Assembly: GCA_026625185.1 (NCBI GenBank)
Contig: CP113000.1
Span: forward strand, 2,445,622 to 2,477,621
From: Thermodesulfobacteriota bacterium
Lineage (GTDB): Bacteria; Desulfobacterota; WTBG01; JAGOGO01
Direction of reading: 5' to 3'
DNA length: 32,000 nucleotides
The position numbers and the translations under genes were made by a program. The notes under the pieces are model-generated. The model was not told the DNA's origin and ran no database searches. It saw nothing but the letters and a program-made list of their open reading frames with translations. This document shows positions 11,177 through 19,342 of the stretch, piece by piece (within the stretch, counting starts at the first letter, position 1; every line of letters begins with the position of its first letter).

Positions 11177-12010
11177 TTAAAAATTAAGGTGGGGATCAAG
11201 ATAATCTCTTAAAAAATCCCCAATGATATTAAAAGAAAAGGTCGTCATGGCAATAGCAAGCCCAGGGAAAATGATCATCCAGGGAGCAGAATTGATATAA
11301 ATTCGGTTTAGGCTAATCATAGAACCCCAGGTGGGAATTGGGGGCTGAACTCCCAGACCTAAAAAGCTCAAAGCAGATTCAGCCAAGATAAAGCTGCCTA
11401 TTTTTAATGAGAAGGCTATGAGGATAGGAGAGAAAGAGTTGGGGAGGATGTGCCGCAAGATTATCCGTTGGGTTGAACACCCAATTGAACGAGAAGCCTC
11501 TACGAACAACGATTCTTTTTGTGCTATGGTTAATCCTCGAATCAGCCGGGCAAACGAGGCCCAGCCCACCAAGGCCAAGGCAATAATTACGGTATAAAAG
11601 CCTGGGGGTAGGACGACGGTTATGCCAATCGCCAGAAGAAGACTGGGAAACGCAAGGGTGAGATCAATAATCATAGTTATAAAGGTATCGAACTTCCCTC
11701 CACAATAGCCGGCAATGAGCCCCAAAAAAAGGCCGATAAGGATTGAGCCGAGAGCGGCGCTTAAGCTAATCGAAAGGGAGACGCGCGCGCCCCATAGAAT
11801 TCGACTGAGGATATCTCTTCCTTTGCTGTCAGTGCCGCAAGGGTGCATCAAGCTCGGCGGAAGCTTGATGCTGGCAAGGTCAATGGAGGTGGAAGATATT
11901 GGATACATCATCGGTCCGATCATAGCCCCAAGGCTCATGAATATGACAACCGTAAGAGCGATAAAGGCAAGTTTATTTTTTTTTAGATAAGACCATAGTG
12001 GTTTTCGCAT
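11177..12010 (-). CDS. ABC transporter permease, OppC/DppC family
   Basis: The 277-aa ORF is multi-TM and contains the family-typical GTDSKGRDILSRILWGARVSL and the permease core. Confidence 0.9.
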   Translation of the reverse strand: MRKPLWSYLKKNKLAFIALTVVIFMSLGAMIGPMMYPISSTSIDLASIKLPPSLMHPCGTDSKGRDILSRILWGARVSLSISLSAALGSILIGLFLGLIAGYCGGKFDTFITMIIDLTLAFPSLLLAIGITVVLPPGFYTVIIALALVGWASFARLIRGLTIAQKESLFVEASRSIGCSTQRIILRHILPNSFSPILIAFSLKIGSFILAESALSFLGLGVQPPIPTWGSMISLNRIYINSAPWMIIFPGLAIAMTTFSFNIIGDFLRDYLDPHLNF

Positions 12011-12011
12011 G

Positions 12012-12959
12012 TTATTTTCCCTTTGAACCCATACCGTTCACCCTGATTTGTGGATTAAAGAAGGTGTAAGAAAAATCGACCACCATATTTACCAATATAA
12101 AGACTACTGAACCGACGAGAACCGAACCCATCACCACCGGATAGTCTCGTTTGATAATTCCCTCCAAAGCATAAAGGCCGATTCCGTCCCAGCCAAAAAT
12201 AGTCTCCGTAAGGACCGCGCCATTGAGGTAGCTTCCAAAATCAATCCCGATCAAAGTGATAATGGGGATCATCGCATTTTTAAGAGAATGCTTAAAAATC
12301 ACTACGTTTTCGGATAATCCTTTTGACCGGGCAGTTGCAACAAAGGGTTGGGCAAGCACTTCCAGAAGACTTGCTCTGGTGATTCGTGAGATGTAGGCGG
12401 CGGAGTTAAGTCCCAGAGTGCTGGCAGGTAAGATCAGAAAAATGAGATTCCCTCCCCCCATTCCCGAAGGCGGGAGAAGTCGAAAAGTCAATGAAAAAAT
12501 GAGCATTAAAATTAACCCGATCCAAAAAACCGGTAAAGAAACTCCTGCAATGGCAAAACAAGAAAAGAAACGATCCCAAAAACTTCCTCGCGTAACTGCC
12601 ATAACCACACCGAACCCGATGCCCATAAAGGACGCAAAAATTATGGCGGCGATAGCTAAGCAAAGGGTATGGGGTAATTTTTCTTTAATATCCTTGACCA
12701 CCTCCCGGTTGGTGTAAAAGGAACGCCCCATTTCACCCTTGCAAAGAAGACGGATATAACCGAGGTATTGATAGATAAAAGGTTTTTCAACCCCCAGCTC
12801 TTTCCGTATTACTTCAATCGTCTCAGGGTTGGCTCGTTCCCCCACTAAACTCATTGTCGGATCGCCAGGAATAGATTTGACGAGGAGAAAAGTGATAAAA
12901 GTTACTCCGAGAAGGGTTGGAATGAAAAAAATTAATCTGCGGAGTAAATAACGTACCAT
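12012..12959 (-). CDS. ABC transporter permease, OppB/DppB family
   Basis: The 315-aa ORF has the N-terminus MVRYLLRRLIFFIPTLLGVTFITFLL..PGDP typical of the family. There is a 1-nt gap to the downstream permease gene. Confidence 0.9.
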   Translation of the reverse strand: MVRYLLRRLIFFIPTLLGVTFITFLLVKSIPGDPTMSLVGERANPETIEVIRKELGVEKPFIYQYLGYIRLLCKGEMGRSFYTNREVVKDIKEKLPHTLCLAIAAIIFASFMGIGFGVVMAVTRGSFWDRFFSCFAIAGVSLPVFWIGLILMLIFSLTFRLLPPSGMGGGNLIFLILPASTLGLNSAAYISRITRASLLEVLAQPFVATARSKGLSENVVIFKHSLKNAMIPIITLIGIDFGSYLNGAVLTETIFGWDGIGLYALEGIIKRDYPVVMGSVLVGSVVFILVNMVVDFSYTFFNPQIRVNGMGSKGK

Positions 12960-13075
12960 TTTAATTGCTTTTTTAAAAAACTTGAAAAAATTTATTGCAT
13001 AATTTTTTAAAATAAAGTAAATGGAGTGCTTAAATAATTTTTATACAATTTTACTGCAAATAACAATTTTTTTAT

Positions 13076-13148
<73 letters not shown>

Positions 13149-13475
13149 TCAGTATTTTTAATGACTTAGCTTAATTGTGTTAGGTCCTTTTTTGTTACCC
13201 GACCATTTTGTCCCCACTTTTTAAGTTAAGTATTGTGAAAAGAGGGTAGGGTAAAACTTATACCTCTTCCTAAACAAAGCATTCACTCCTTACCGGCACT
13301 ACTTCAAGGGACTGGGTTTCCAAAAGGGTGTAGACCCCCCCCTAAGACCCCAGTCACCCCTTCGTTTGAGTGTAGACTGGACCAATTTTACACAGGGGGG
13401 AAATTTATGAGGGCTAGCCATTTTTTGTTATTAGGTAAGCATGGGCGCCGAAATAAAGCGCTTAACCTATTCCCT

Positions 13476-14012
13476 TCACTCATCCGGAGAGTACGATAAT
13501 ATTTCATCCCTGAATCGTGCCGGGGCTGTGTAAGGGTGAAGCTCGCTCTTTGTCCTATCAAGGATATGCCGCACACAAACTCCTGCCGCCTTCAGGTAAT
13601 CGGCAATTAACGACCGATGACACCTCCACCAGACTGCTTCCGCGCACATGACGACCGTTCGTTTCCGAGAGGCCAGATCCAACAGTCGTTTGACTCCTGC
13701 ACGAAACTCTTTTGTCTCCATGTAGTCCGCATAGCCGCGAAATGATTCGTTGCGCCAGAGGGTGTTTTGCGAGTCCGGACGCGGCTGCCTTCGCCCGCCG
13801 AGTTCGGGCAGCAGAACATACTCTATTCCAACTCCTGTGAGTGAAATGCGAAGTGCGCCTTGATTGAAGTGTGGGTATTTACGGGAAGCCGGGACACGTC
13901 TCACATCAGCCAGAGATTCGATCTTATTATTGGTGAGCAACTCGAAAAATTCGCAAAGGGTTCGAGTTGAATGCCCCACCGTCCAAATAGTCAACTCCTC
14001 TTCATTCATCAT
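13476..14012 (-). CDS. DUF488 domain protein (copy 1)
   Basis: The 178-aa ORF with TIWTVGHSTRTLCEFFELL...IESLADVRRVPASRKYPHFNQ...VVMCAEAVWWRCHRSLIADYL is the DUF488 signature as I recall it. It is more GC-rich than the host backbone. Confidence 0.85.
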   Translation of the reverse strand: MMNEEELTIWTVGHSTRTLCEFFELLTNNKIESLADVRRVPASRKYPHFNQGALRISLTGVGIEYVLLPELGGRRQPRPDSQNTLWRNESFRGYADYMETKEFRAGVKRLLDLASRKRTVVMCAEAVWWRCHRSLIADYLKAAGVCVRHILDRTKSELHPYTAPARFRDEILSYSPDE

Positions 14013-14101
14013 ATAAAATCGCTGAGTGTCCGTCTAAAAATGTTTGTATGGTTTTCCTAGGATACATAGGTAAATGATTATATTTGGCATAAGACCCCTT
14101 T

Positions 14102-14136
14102 TTAAGGATTTTATAATTTTACGGACGGCCTCTTTC
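14102..14136 (-). promoter_or_regulatory. 35-nt motif upstream of the DUF488 gene, shared with the 96-aa gene upstream region
   Basis: TTAAGGATTTTATAATTTTACGGACGGCCTCTTTC matches 14679-14713 (TTAAGAATTTTATAATTTTATGGACGTCCCCTTTC) at 31 of 35 positions. The minus strand carries a TATAAAAT -10-like box. The motif is duplicated at 18355-18389 in copy 2. Confidence 0.45.
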
Positions 14137-14328
14137 CTTCTTCCAAGGAGCCGCCCCCCCTTCGGTCAACGGCGAGGGTCAGGTTCAGCGAGCTTGTGAG
14201 AGCCGTAACCTGGACTTTCTGGTTGGATATCTGTCTATCCTGTTTTCATCTTTTGTGAAGCATCCCGTCCAGAACCAATTCTAATCATAGAAATGCATCT
14301 ACCGGACTCCTCTGAATGTGCGCTCTTG

Positions 14329-14619
14329 TCATTGCTGAGCAACAGTGCCCGCCAAGCGGGCGGAAATCTCCGACAACTTCCGTATAATAATCCAGTTCTG
14401 CTTCACCACGGCAGCGAGATATCCGACTGTTGCCTGGTCTGCAGCATTGGCGAACGAAAACGCCATTCCCGCTTTCATCAGGCTGAGGCCAGTGAGATCA
14501 GTGGCGATTTCCTCGATCATCGCCACGTCTGCTGCGTCAATCTCCGTTAGGTGATACTTCTGTATGAATTCGTTCTTCTTGCGCTCGATTTTTTTCTCCT
14601 TGCTCTCAAACAGTCCCAT
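14329..14619 (-). CDS. 96-aa hypothetical protein (copy 1)
   Basis: A good RBS (GGAAGAAAGGAGGATCAC) lies upstream of the ATG. The product is MGLFESKEKKIERKKNEFIQKYHLTEIDAADVAMIEEIATDLTGLSLMKAGMAFSFANAADQATVGYLAAVVKQNWIIIRKL. I recall a QNWIIIR-type motif from uncharacterised small proteins but cannot name a family. Confidence 0.6.
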   Translation of the reverse strand: MGLFESKEKKIERKKNEFIQKYHLTEIDAADVAMIEEIATDLTGLSLMKAGMAFSFANAADQATVGYLAAVVKQNWIIIRKLSEISARLAGTVAQQ

Positions 14620-14678
14620 GTGATCCTCCTTTCTTCCTGCCTAACAATGCTTATATTGATCCGTATAAGATCACATTG

Positions 14679-14713
14679 TTAAGAATTTTATAATTTTATG
14701 GACGTCCCCTTTC
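14679..14713 (-). promoter_or_regulatory. 35-nt motif upstream of the 96-aa gene (paralogous to 14102-14136)
   Basis: See 14102-14136. It lies 60-95 nt upstream of the ATG at 14619 and is duplicated at 18932-18966. Confidence 0.45.
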
Positions 14714-14819
14714 TTCTCCCGTCCCCTTTCTTCTCCTTTTCATATTATTTCCTCCTTCTCTCATTAAACTATTCTCTAAGCTTTCCTGCCACTTCCCATT
14801 ATTTCTCTAAACAGCCAAT

Positions 14820-14855
14820 AAAAAAGCCGAACTTTCCCTTTACGGATAATTCGGC
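14820..14855 (-). terminator. candidate Rho-independent terminator (minus strand)
   Basis: The minus strand reads GCCGAATT-loop-AGTTCGGC followed by TTTTTTAT. The loop is long, so this is only a moderate call. Confidence 0.4.
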
Positions 14856-14934
14856 CTATGCCATCGCTTATATAGCATTTTTTCCTTCCTCTATTGGTAA
14901 CCTTCTTGTTTAATGAAGGTTATTTTATTCAACG

Positions 14935-14953
14935 CTTTAATCCTCGGAAAGTC
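14935..14953. repeat. 19-bp perfect inverted repeat, left arm
   Basis: CTTTAATCCTCGGAAAGTC is the exact reverse complement of 16844-16862. Confidence 0.9.
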
Positions 14954-15054
14954 AACACTTTTAATTTTCTTTATAACCTATAGGCCTGAACGGAGTCCTT
15001 CTCGGGTCGGGAAATTCTACCGGGAGTTTTTCCTGAAAAGAATTCTTTTTAAAA
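14952..15054 (+). repeat. R element copy R1 (about 100-nt noncoding repeat family)
   Basis: Positions 14963-15054 differ from 16981-17072 at only 3 of 92 positions. The core is CGGAGTCCTTCTCGGG and the copy ends in the palindrome AAAAGAATTCTTTT plus T/A runs. Confidence 0.85.
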
Positions 15055-15083
15055 TTTATCAGGCGGAGAGGGGCAAGAAAAAG

Positions 15084-15112
15084 AAATAAAAAAACCCGGT
15101 TGAGAGCCGGGC
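15084..15112 (-). terminator. Rho-independent terminator (minus strand)
   Basis: The minus strand reads GCCCGGCTCTCAACCGGG followed by TTTTTTTATTT. It lies inside the doubtful ORF 15059..15340. Confidence 0.7.
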
Positions 15113-15465
15113 AACATTCAGAGAAATAAAATCGGGGCTAAAATCAGGCGTACACGTGGTTAAAAAGTCCGGGACTATATCATTATAAGGGAAGGGGGGA
15201 TTGGGGTTTTTAGCCCCCAGGACTATGCGGAAATCGCACCTAACTAAATTCTTTTTTAAGAGGCCATGAAGTGGAGTTTGGTCATTTTCCAAAAATACAA
15301 CACTCAGGGCTCGTTTGGTTTTTTTCAACCGTTTTTCCAATTCTTTTACAACCTCTTAAATTTCTCCTTGTTTTTTTTCACCTTATGCTAAAGAGACAGA
15401 CCCGTGAAAGAAGCAATTAAAAAAATTTTATTTGTATAATATTTTATTTGACAATTAATTTTATT

Positions 15466-15480
15466 TTGTAATAATTACAA
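15466..15480. promoter_or_regulatory. perfect 7-1-7 palindrome resembling Fur-family operators
   Basis: TTGTAAT-A-ATTACAA has the same architecture as the B. subtilis Fur/PerR/Zur boxes (for example Zur TCGTAATNATTACGA and PerR TTATAATNATTATAA). It ends 2 nt before the ATG of the Fur-family gene and overlaps a TTGACA(15448)-17 nt-ATAATT promoter-like arrangement. Confidence 0.6.
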
Positions 15481-15482
15481 AT

Positions 15483-15911
15483 ATGGCACCTAACATAACT
15501 AAAAAGATTAAAGAAATTGCTTTGAGGGTTACCCCACAGCGCCACGCCATCTTAAAGTTCCTTGAGGGAAATGTGACCCACCCTTCGGCAGAAAACATTC
15601 ATCATAAATTGTTAAAAAAAATGCCAAATATATCCTTTACGACGGTCTATAACACATTGTCAAAGCTTGTGGAGGCAGGAAAGATTCAAGAAGTTTATAT
15701 CGACCCGAATAAGAAAAGATTCGATCCCCGTATAGATCCTCACCATCACTTTTATTGTAAGGTTTGCGGGAAAGTCTTCGACGTAGGTTATGATGCCCCT
15801 TTTTCAGTGATTATAAATCCTCTGAATACAAAAAAACTAGATGGGCACCAGGTTGATGAAATACAGATTTATATTAAAGGACTGTGTAAGGATTGCAGAA
15901 GTAAGCGATGA
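15483..15911 (+). CDS. Fur-family metalloregulator (Fur/PerR/Zur subtype not resolvable)
   Basis: The 142-aa ORF contains RVTPQRHAILKFLEGNVTHPSAENIHHKL...ISFTTVYNTLSKLVEAGKI (a wHTH), HHHFYCKVCGKVFDV and a C-terminal CKDC (CxxC...CxxC zinc site). It has no Shine-Dalgarno sequence and may be leaderless. Confidence 0.85.
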   Translation: MAPNITKKIKEIALRVTPQRHAILKFLEGNVTHPSAENIHHKLLKKMPNISFTTVYNTLSKLVEAGKIQEVYIDPNKKRFDPRIDPHHHFYCKVCGKVFDVGYDAPFSVIINPLNTKKLDGHQVDEIQIYIKGLCKDCRSKR

Positions 15912-16251
15912 GACAAGCGAGTACGGTCATCGTTTGTGAACGGGGAGGAATTTTGAAGGGAGGGGGAGAAGAAAAAAAGAGATTAGAGCCTTTTCCCTTA
16001 GACTAACCCCAATTTTATCTCTATCGGGAAATTGGTTTCTCTCTTATTTAGGGTTGATCAGATAGTTCAATGGACATAATAGAAAATGAGGGAATCGAGA
16101 CCATGTTTTCTTCCTGTATCGTTGGAGGAAAGAGATTGCAGACAAAAAAAGGGGATGAACTTATTAAGCATTATCAATCACGGCAACAGGCAACATCAAA
16201 GGTAGAATAGAACAAATCACAAAACATTAACCCTGACGGAATGTTCAAAAC

Positions 16252-16683
16252 ATGAAAAGAAAAGTAATCAAAAAAAGAACCCTTTGGTCTCGGGAAGTTT
16301 TTAGTTGCATTTTGGGACGGGAACTTGCCCGGACAGAACGGAGTAATCAGGTTTTTTCAGTGGTTGAGTTCGGCATCGGCGACTTTGAAACCAATATAGA
16401 GTTTGGAAACCGAATATTTCAGGTGGTTGCCAAGGAGCTTCGTTTTACTGACGAAGTGGGGTGGTTCAAGGATAATCATATCGGGGTTTTGCTCTATAAC
16501 ACTTCTTTTGAGGGAGCCCGAATTTTTGCTGAAAGAATCTGTGAGGTGCTTCCAACCCCACCAAATTTTTTCGGTTTCAAGATACATACCTTCCCAATTG
16601 AAAGGCAAATCCAAGATGGGGCGAACTATCAAGTCCCACAAGAGCGACAAGCCGTCTTATCGTCTCTTTTTGCTTCTAACTAA
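16252..16683 (+). CDS. small degenerate GGDEF-like domain protein
   Basis: The 143-aa ORF has SREVFSCILGRELARTERSNQVFSVVEFGIGDF...VAKELRFTDEVGWFKDNHIGVLLYNTSFEGARIFAERI, which follows the GGDEF-domain layout, but the GG(D/E)EF site is replaced by KDNHI. There is no clear RBS. Confidence 0.55.
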   Translation: MKRKVIKKRTLWSREVFSCILGRELARTERSNQVFSVVEFGIGDFETNIEFGNRIFQVVAKELRFTDEVGWFKDNHIGVLLYNTSFEGARIFAERICEVLPTPPNFFGFKIHTFPIERQIQDGANYQVPQERQAVLSSLFASN

Positions 16684-16797
16684 TGGTTCAAATTCAAGAA
16701 TGAAAACTTAAGTTGAAATTATTTTAATAACCCTTTTTTTCTTAGAATCTTTGATTTTATAACTCGCTTTTCATTTCTACAGTTTCCTCAAAAGTTA

Positions 16798-16826
16798 CCC
16801 TCGCAGAAATGCGGCGGTTTTATTTC
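16798..16826 (+). terminator. candidate terminator after the GGDEF-like gene
   Basis: The hairpin is CCTCGCA-GAAA-TGCGGCGG followed by TTTTATTT. It is imperfect. The same hairpin sequence occurs at 24048-24065. Confidence 0.4.
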
Positions 16827-16843
16827 CCAGAATATTTTTTTTG

Positions 16844-16862
16844 GACTTTCCGAGGATTAAAG
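16844..16862. repeat. 19-bp perfect inverted repeat, right arm
   Basis: GACTTTCCGAGGATTAAAG is the reverse complement of 14935-14953. Confidence 0.9.
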
Positions 16863-16969
16863 TGACCAGCCCTCGAAAGATGTACCACATTTAGAGTTAG
16901 GATTCTACCAGTTAATGTTTTTCAATATTACCTGATTTCAGGTTCCGGAGAAAATCCAAAAAGATAAAC

Positions 16970-17072
16970 TCAACCCTATTAATTTTCTTTATACCCTATC
17001 CGCCTGAACGGAGTCCTTCTCGGGTCGGGAAATTCTACCGGGAGTTTTTCCTGAAAAGAATTCTTTTTAAAA
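16970..17072 (+). repeat. R element copy R2
   Basis: It is about 97% identical to R1 over 92 nt and has the same orientation. Confidence 0.85.
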
Positions 17073-17139
17073 ACCAAGAAGCCTCGTTTGACCAACTCAG
17101 CAACCATTGTTAGAGAAAACAATAATGATAGTTCCTTTT

Positions 17140-17224
17140 GAATTTTTACCCCCGCAGTGCAGGGGATGAAACCATATGATGGGGTAAACGCTCGGTTGGC
17201 TCCCCCCTACCATACCCATCGAAC
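17140..17224 (+). repeat. X block copy X1 (conserved noncoding block of the island right arm)
   Basis: GAATTTTTACCCCCGCAGTGCAGGGGATGAAACC...CGGTTGGCTCCCCCCTACC aligns colinearly with 22492-22576. My by-eye estimate is 70-75% identity with one 1-nt indel. Confidence 0.75.
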
Positions 17225-17359
17225 TTCTATCCTTGCTACCATTTTGCTACCATAACAAGCCAAAACAGGAAACAACAAGGGACAACAAGAGAAAGTTAAA
17301 TTATTAATTTCTTTCTTATTCTTCCTTCCTGTTATCCCTTATTATGTACTTGCAAAGAC

Positions 17360-17401
17360 CTGAAAATCCGTGTGTCGACAGTTCGATTCTGTCCCTCGGC
17401 A
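17360..17401 (+). repeat. att-like direct repeat: exact copy of the last 42 nt of tRNA-Phe (anticodon loop to discriminator)
   Basis: CTGAAAATCCGTGTGTCGACAGTTCGATTCTGTCCCTCGGCA is identical to 13107-13148. There is no 5' half, so it is not a functional tRNA. Confidence 0.95.
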
Positions 17402-17728
17402 TCAGTATTTTTAATGACTTAGCTTAATTGTGTTAGGTCCTTTTTTGTTACCCGACCATTTTGTCCCCACTTTTTAAGTTAAGTATTGTGAAAAGAGGGT
17501 AGGGTAAAACTTATACCTCTTCCTAAACAAAGCATTCACTCCTTACCGGCACTACTTCAAGGGACTGGGTTTCCAAAAGGGTGTAGACCCCCCCCTAAGA
17601 CCCCAGTCACCCCTTCGTTTGAGTGTAGACTGGACCAATTTTACACAGGGGGGAAATTTATGAGGGCTAGCCATTTTTTGTTATTAGGTAAGCATGGGCG
17701 CCGAAATAAAGCGCTTAACCTATTCCCT

Positions 17729-18265
17729 TCACTCATCCGGAGAGTACGATAATATTTCATCCCTGAATCGTGCCGGGGCTGTGTAAGGGTGAAGCTCGCT
17801 CTTTGTCCTATCAAGGATATGCCGCACACAAACTCCTGCCGCCTTCAGGTAATCGGCAATTAACGACCGATGACACCTCCACCAGACTGCTTCCGCGCAC
17901 ATGACGACCGTTCGTTTCCGAGAGGCCAGATCCAACAGTCGTTTGACTCCTGCACGAAACTCTTTTGTCTCCATGTAGTCCGCATAGCCGCGAAATGATT
18001 CGTTGCGCCAGAGGGTGTTTTGCGAGTCCGGACGCGGCTGCCTTCGCCCGCCGAGTTCGGGCAGCAGAACATACTCTATTCCAACTCCTGTGAGTGAAAT
18101 GCGAAGTGCGCCTTGATTGAAGTGTGGGTATTTACGGGAAGCCGGGACACGTCTCACATCAGCCAGAGATTCGATCTTATTATTGGTGAGCAACTCGAAA
18201 AATTCGCAAAGGGTTCGAGTTGAATGCCCCACCGTCCAAATAGTCAACTCCTCTTCATTCATCAT
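17729..18265 (-). CDS. DUF488 domain protein (copy 2, identical)
   Basis: The translation is identical to 13476..14012. Confidence 0.85.
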   Translation of the reverse strand: MMNEEELTIWTVGHSTRTLCEFFELLTNNKIESLADVRRVPASRKYPHFNQGALRISLTGVGIEYVLLPELGGRRQPRPDSQNTLWRNESFRGYADYMETKEFRAGVKRLLDLASRKRTVVMCAEAVWWRCHRSLIADYLKAAGVCVRHILDRTKSELHPYTAPARFRDEILSYSPDE

Positions 18266-18581
18266 ATAAAATCGCTGAGTGTCCGTCTAAAAATGTTTGT
18301 ATGGTTTTCCTAGGATACATAGGTAAATGATTATATTTGGCATAAGACCCCTTTTTAAGGATTTTATAATTTTACGGACGGCCTCTTTCCTTCTTCCAAG
18401 GAGCCGCCCCCCCTTCGGTCAACGGCGAGGGTCAGGTTCAGCGAGCTTGTGAGAGCCGTAACCTGGACTTTCTGGTTGGATATCTGTCTATCCTGTTTTC
18501 ATCTTTTGTGAAGCATCCCGTCCAGAACCAATTCTAATCATAGAAATGCATCTACCGGACTCCTCTGAATGTGCGCTCTTG

Positions 18582-18872
18582 TCATTGCTGAGCAACAGTG
18601 CCCGCCAAGCGGGCGGAAATCTCCGACAACTTCCGTATAATAATCCAGTTCTGCTTCACCACGGCAGCGAGATATCCGACTGTTGCCTGGTCTGCAGCAT
18701 TGGCGAACGAAAACGCCATTCCCGCTTTCATCAGGCTGAGGCCAGTGAGATCAGTGGCGATTTCCTCGATCATCGCCACGTCTGCTGCGTCAATCTCCGT
18801 TAGGTGATACTTCTGTATGAATTCGTTCTTCTTGCGCTCGATTTTTTTCTCCTTGCTCTCAAACAGTCCCAT
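18582..18872 (-). CDS. 96-aa hypothetical protein (copy 2, identical)
   Basis: The translation is identical to 14329..14619. Confidence 0.6.
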   Translation of the reverse strand: MGLFESKEKKIERKKNEFIQKYHLTEIDAADVAMIEEIATDLTGLSLMKAGMAFSFANAADQATVGYLAAVVKQNWIIIRKLSEISARLAGTVAQQ

Positions 18873-19342
18873 GTGATCCTCCTTTCTTCCTGCCTAACAA
18901 TGCTTATATTGATCCGTATAAGATCACATTGTTAAGAATTTTATAATTTTATGGACGTCCCCTTTCTTCTCCTATCTTCCCTTCCTAAAAATCAAATAAA
19001 AATTTATTCCTGAAATTTCATGCTTACGTTATACGATGTTTTGCTTTTATAGTAAGTGCTTAAAGAAGGGAAGCCGAAAAACGAGGTTCGCCAGAGCTTA
19101 AGAAGGGCTTTTCAAGGCGAAGGTTATTTTTGGTTTTTGTCTTACAAAAAAATTTACAAAATTAACCTCATATAGACAGATATATAAAATTATTGTAGAT
19201 TTTAATTTTACAGGGTACAATTAACCATGCCTTGATGGAAAAACGACACTATTTCCTTTGAACCACCCGGGACAGAACCGAATGATCCGTAATTTCATTG
19301 ACCCGGCGTTTTTCCGAATCCGCATTTTTTAAGGGAGTAGTC

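Larger units (their letters stand above)
13149..17359 (+). mobile_element. island E1: putative non-autonomous integrative element bounded by tRNA-Phe and a 42-nt copy of its 3' part
   Basis: E1 is flanked by direct repeats 13107-13148 and 17360-17401. Its content has foreign composition in places. I recognise no recombinase among its ORFs. Confidence 0.5.
17360..18972 (+). repeat. large direct repeat, copy 2 (1,613 bp)
   Basis: It is identical to 13107-14719 by eye. Confidence 0.95.

Noticed and set aside
13388-14554. Short ORFs 13388..13576, 13607..13819 (-), 14293..14550 and 14345..14554 (+), and their duplicates at +4253
   Set aside because: They overlap, in other frames or antisense, the DUF488 and 96-aa genes, which have recognisable signatures or RBSs. 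Their translations are Arg/Cys/Ser-rich as expected for off-frame GC-rich DNA.
15059-15340. 93-aa ORF (TTG start) on the - strand
   Set aside because: It has a non-ATG start with a weak RBS and an implausible composition. A strong intrinsic terminator (15084-15112) lies inside its 3' end. I treat it as probably noncoding (see the Fur-operator finding).
18973-19342. Purine or other nucleobase riboswitch upstream of the NCS2 permease
   Set aside because: I could not find the conserved purine-riboswitch junction sequences (UAUAAU...GUUUCUACC...CCGUAAAU-type) or a convincing expression platform. Only weak hairpins are present.
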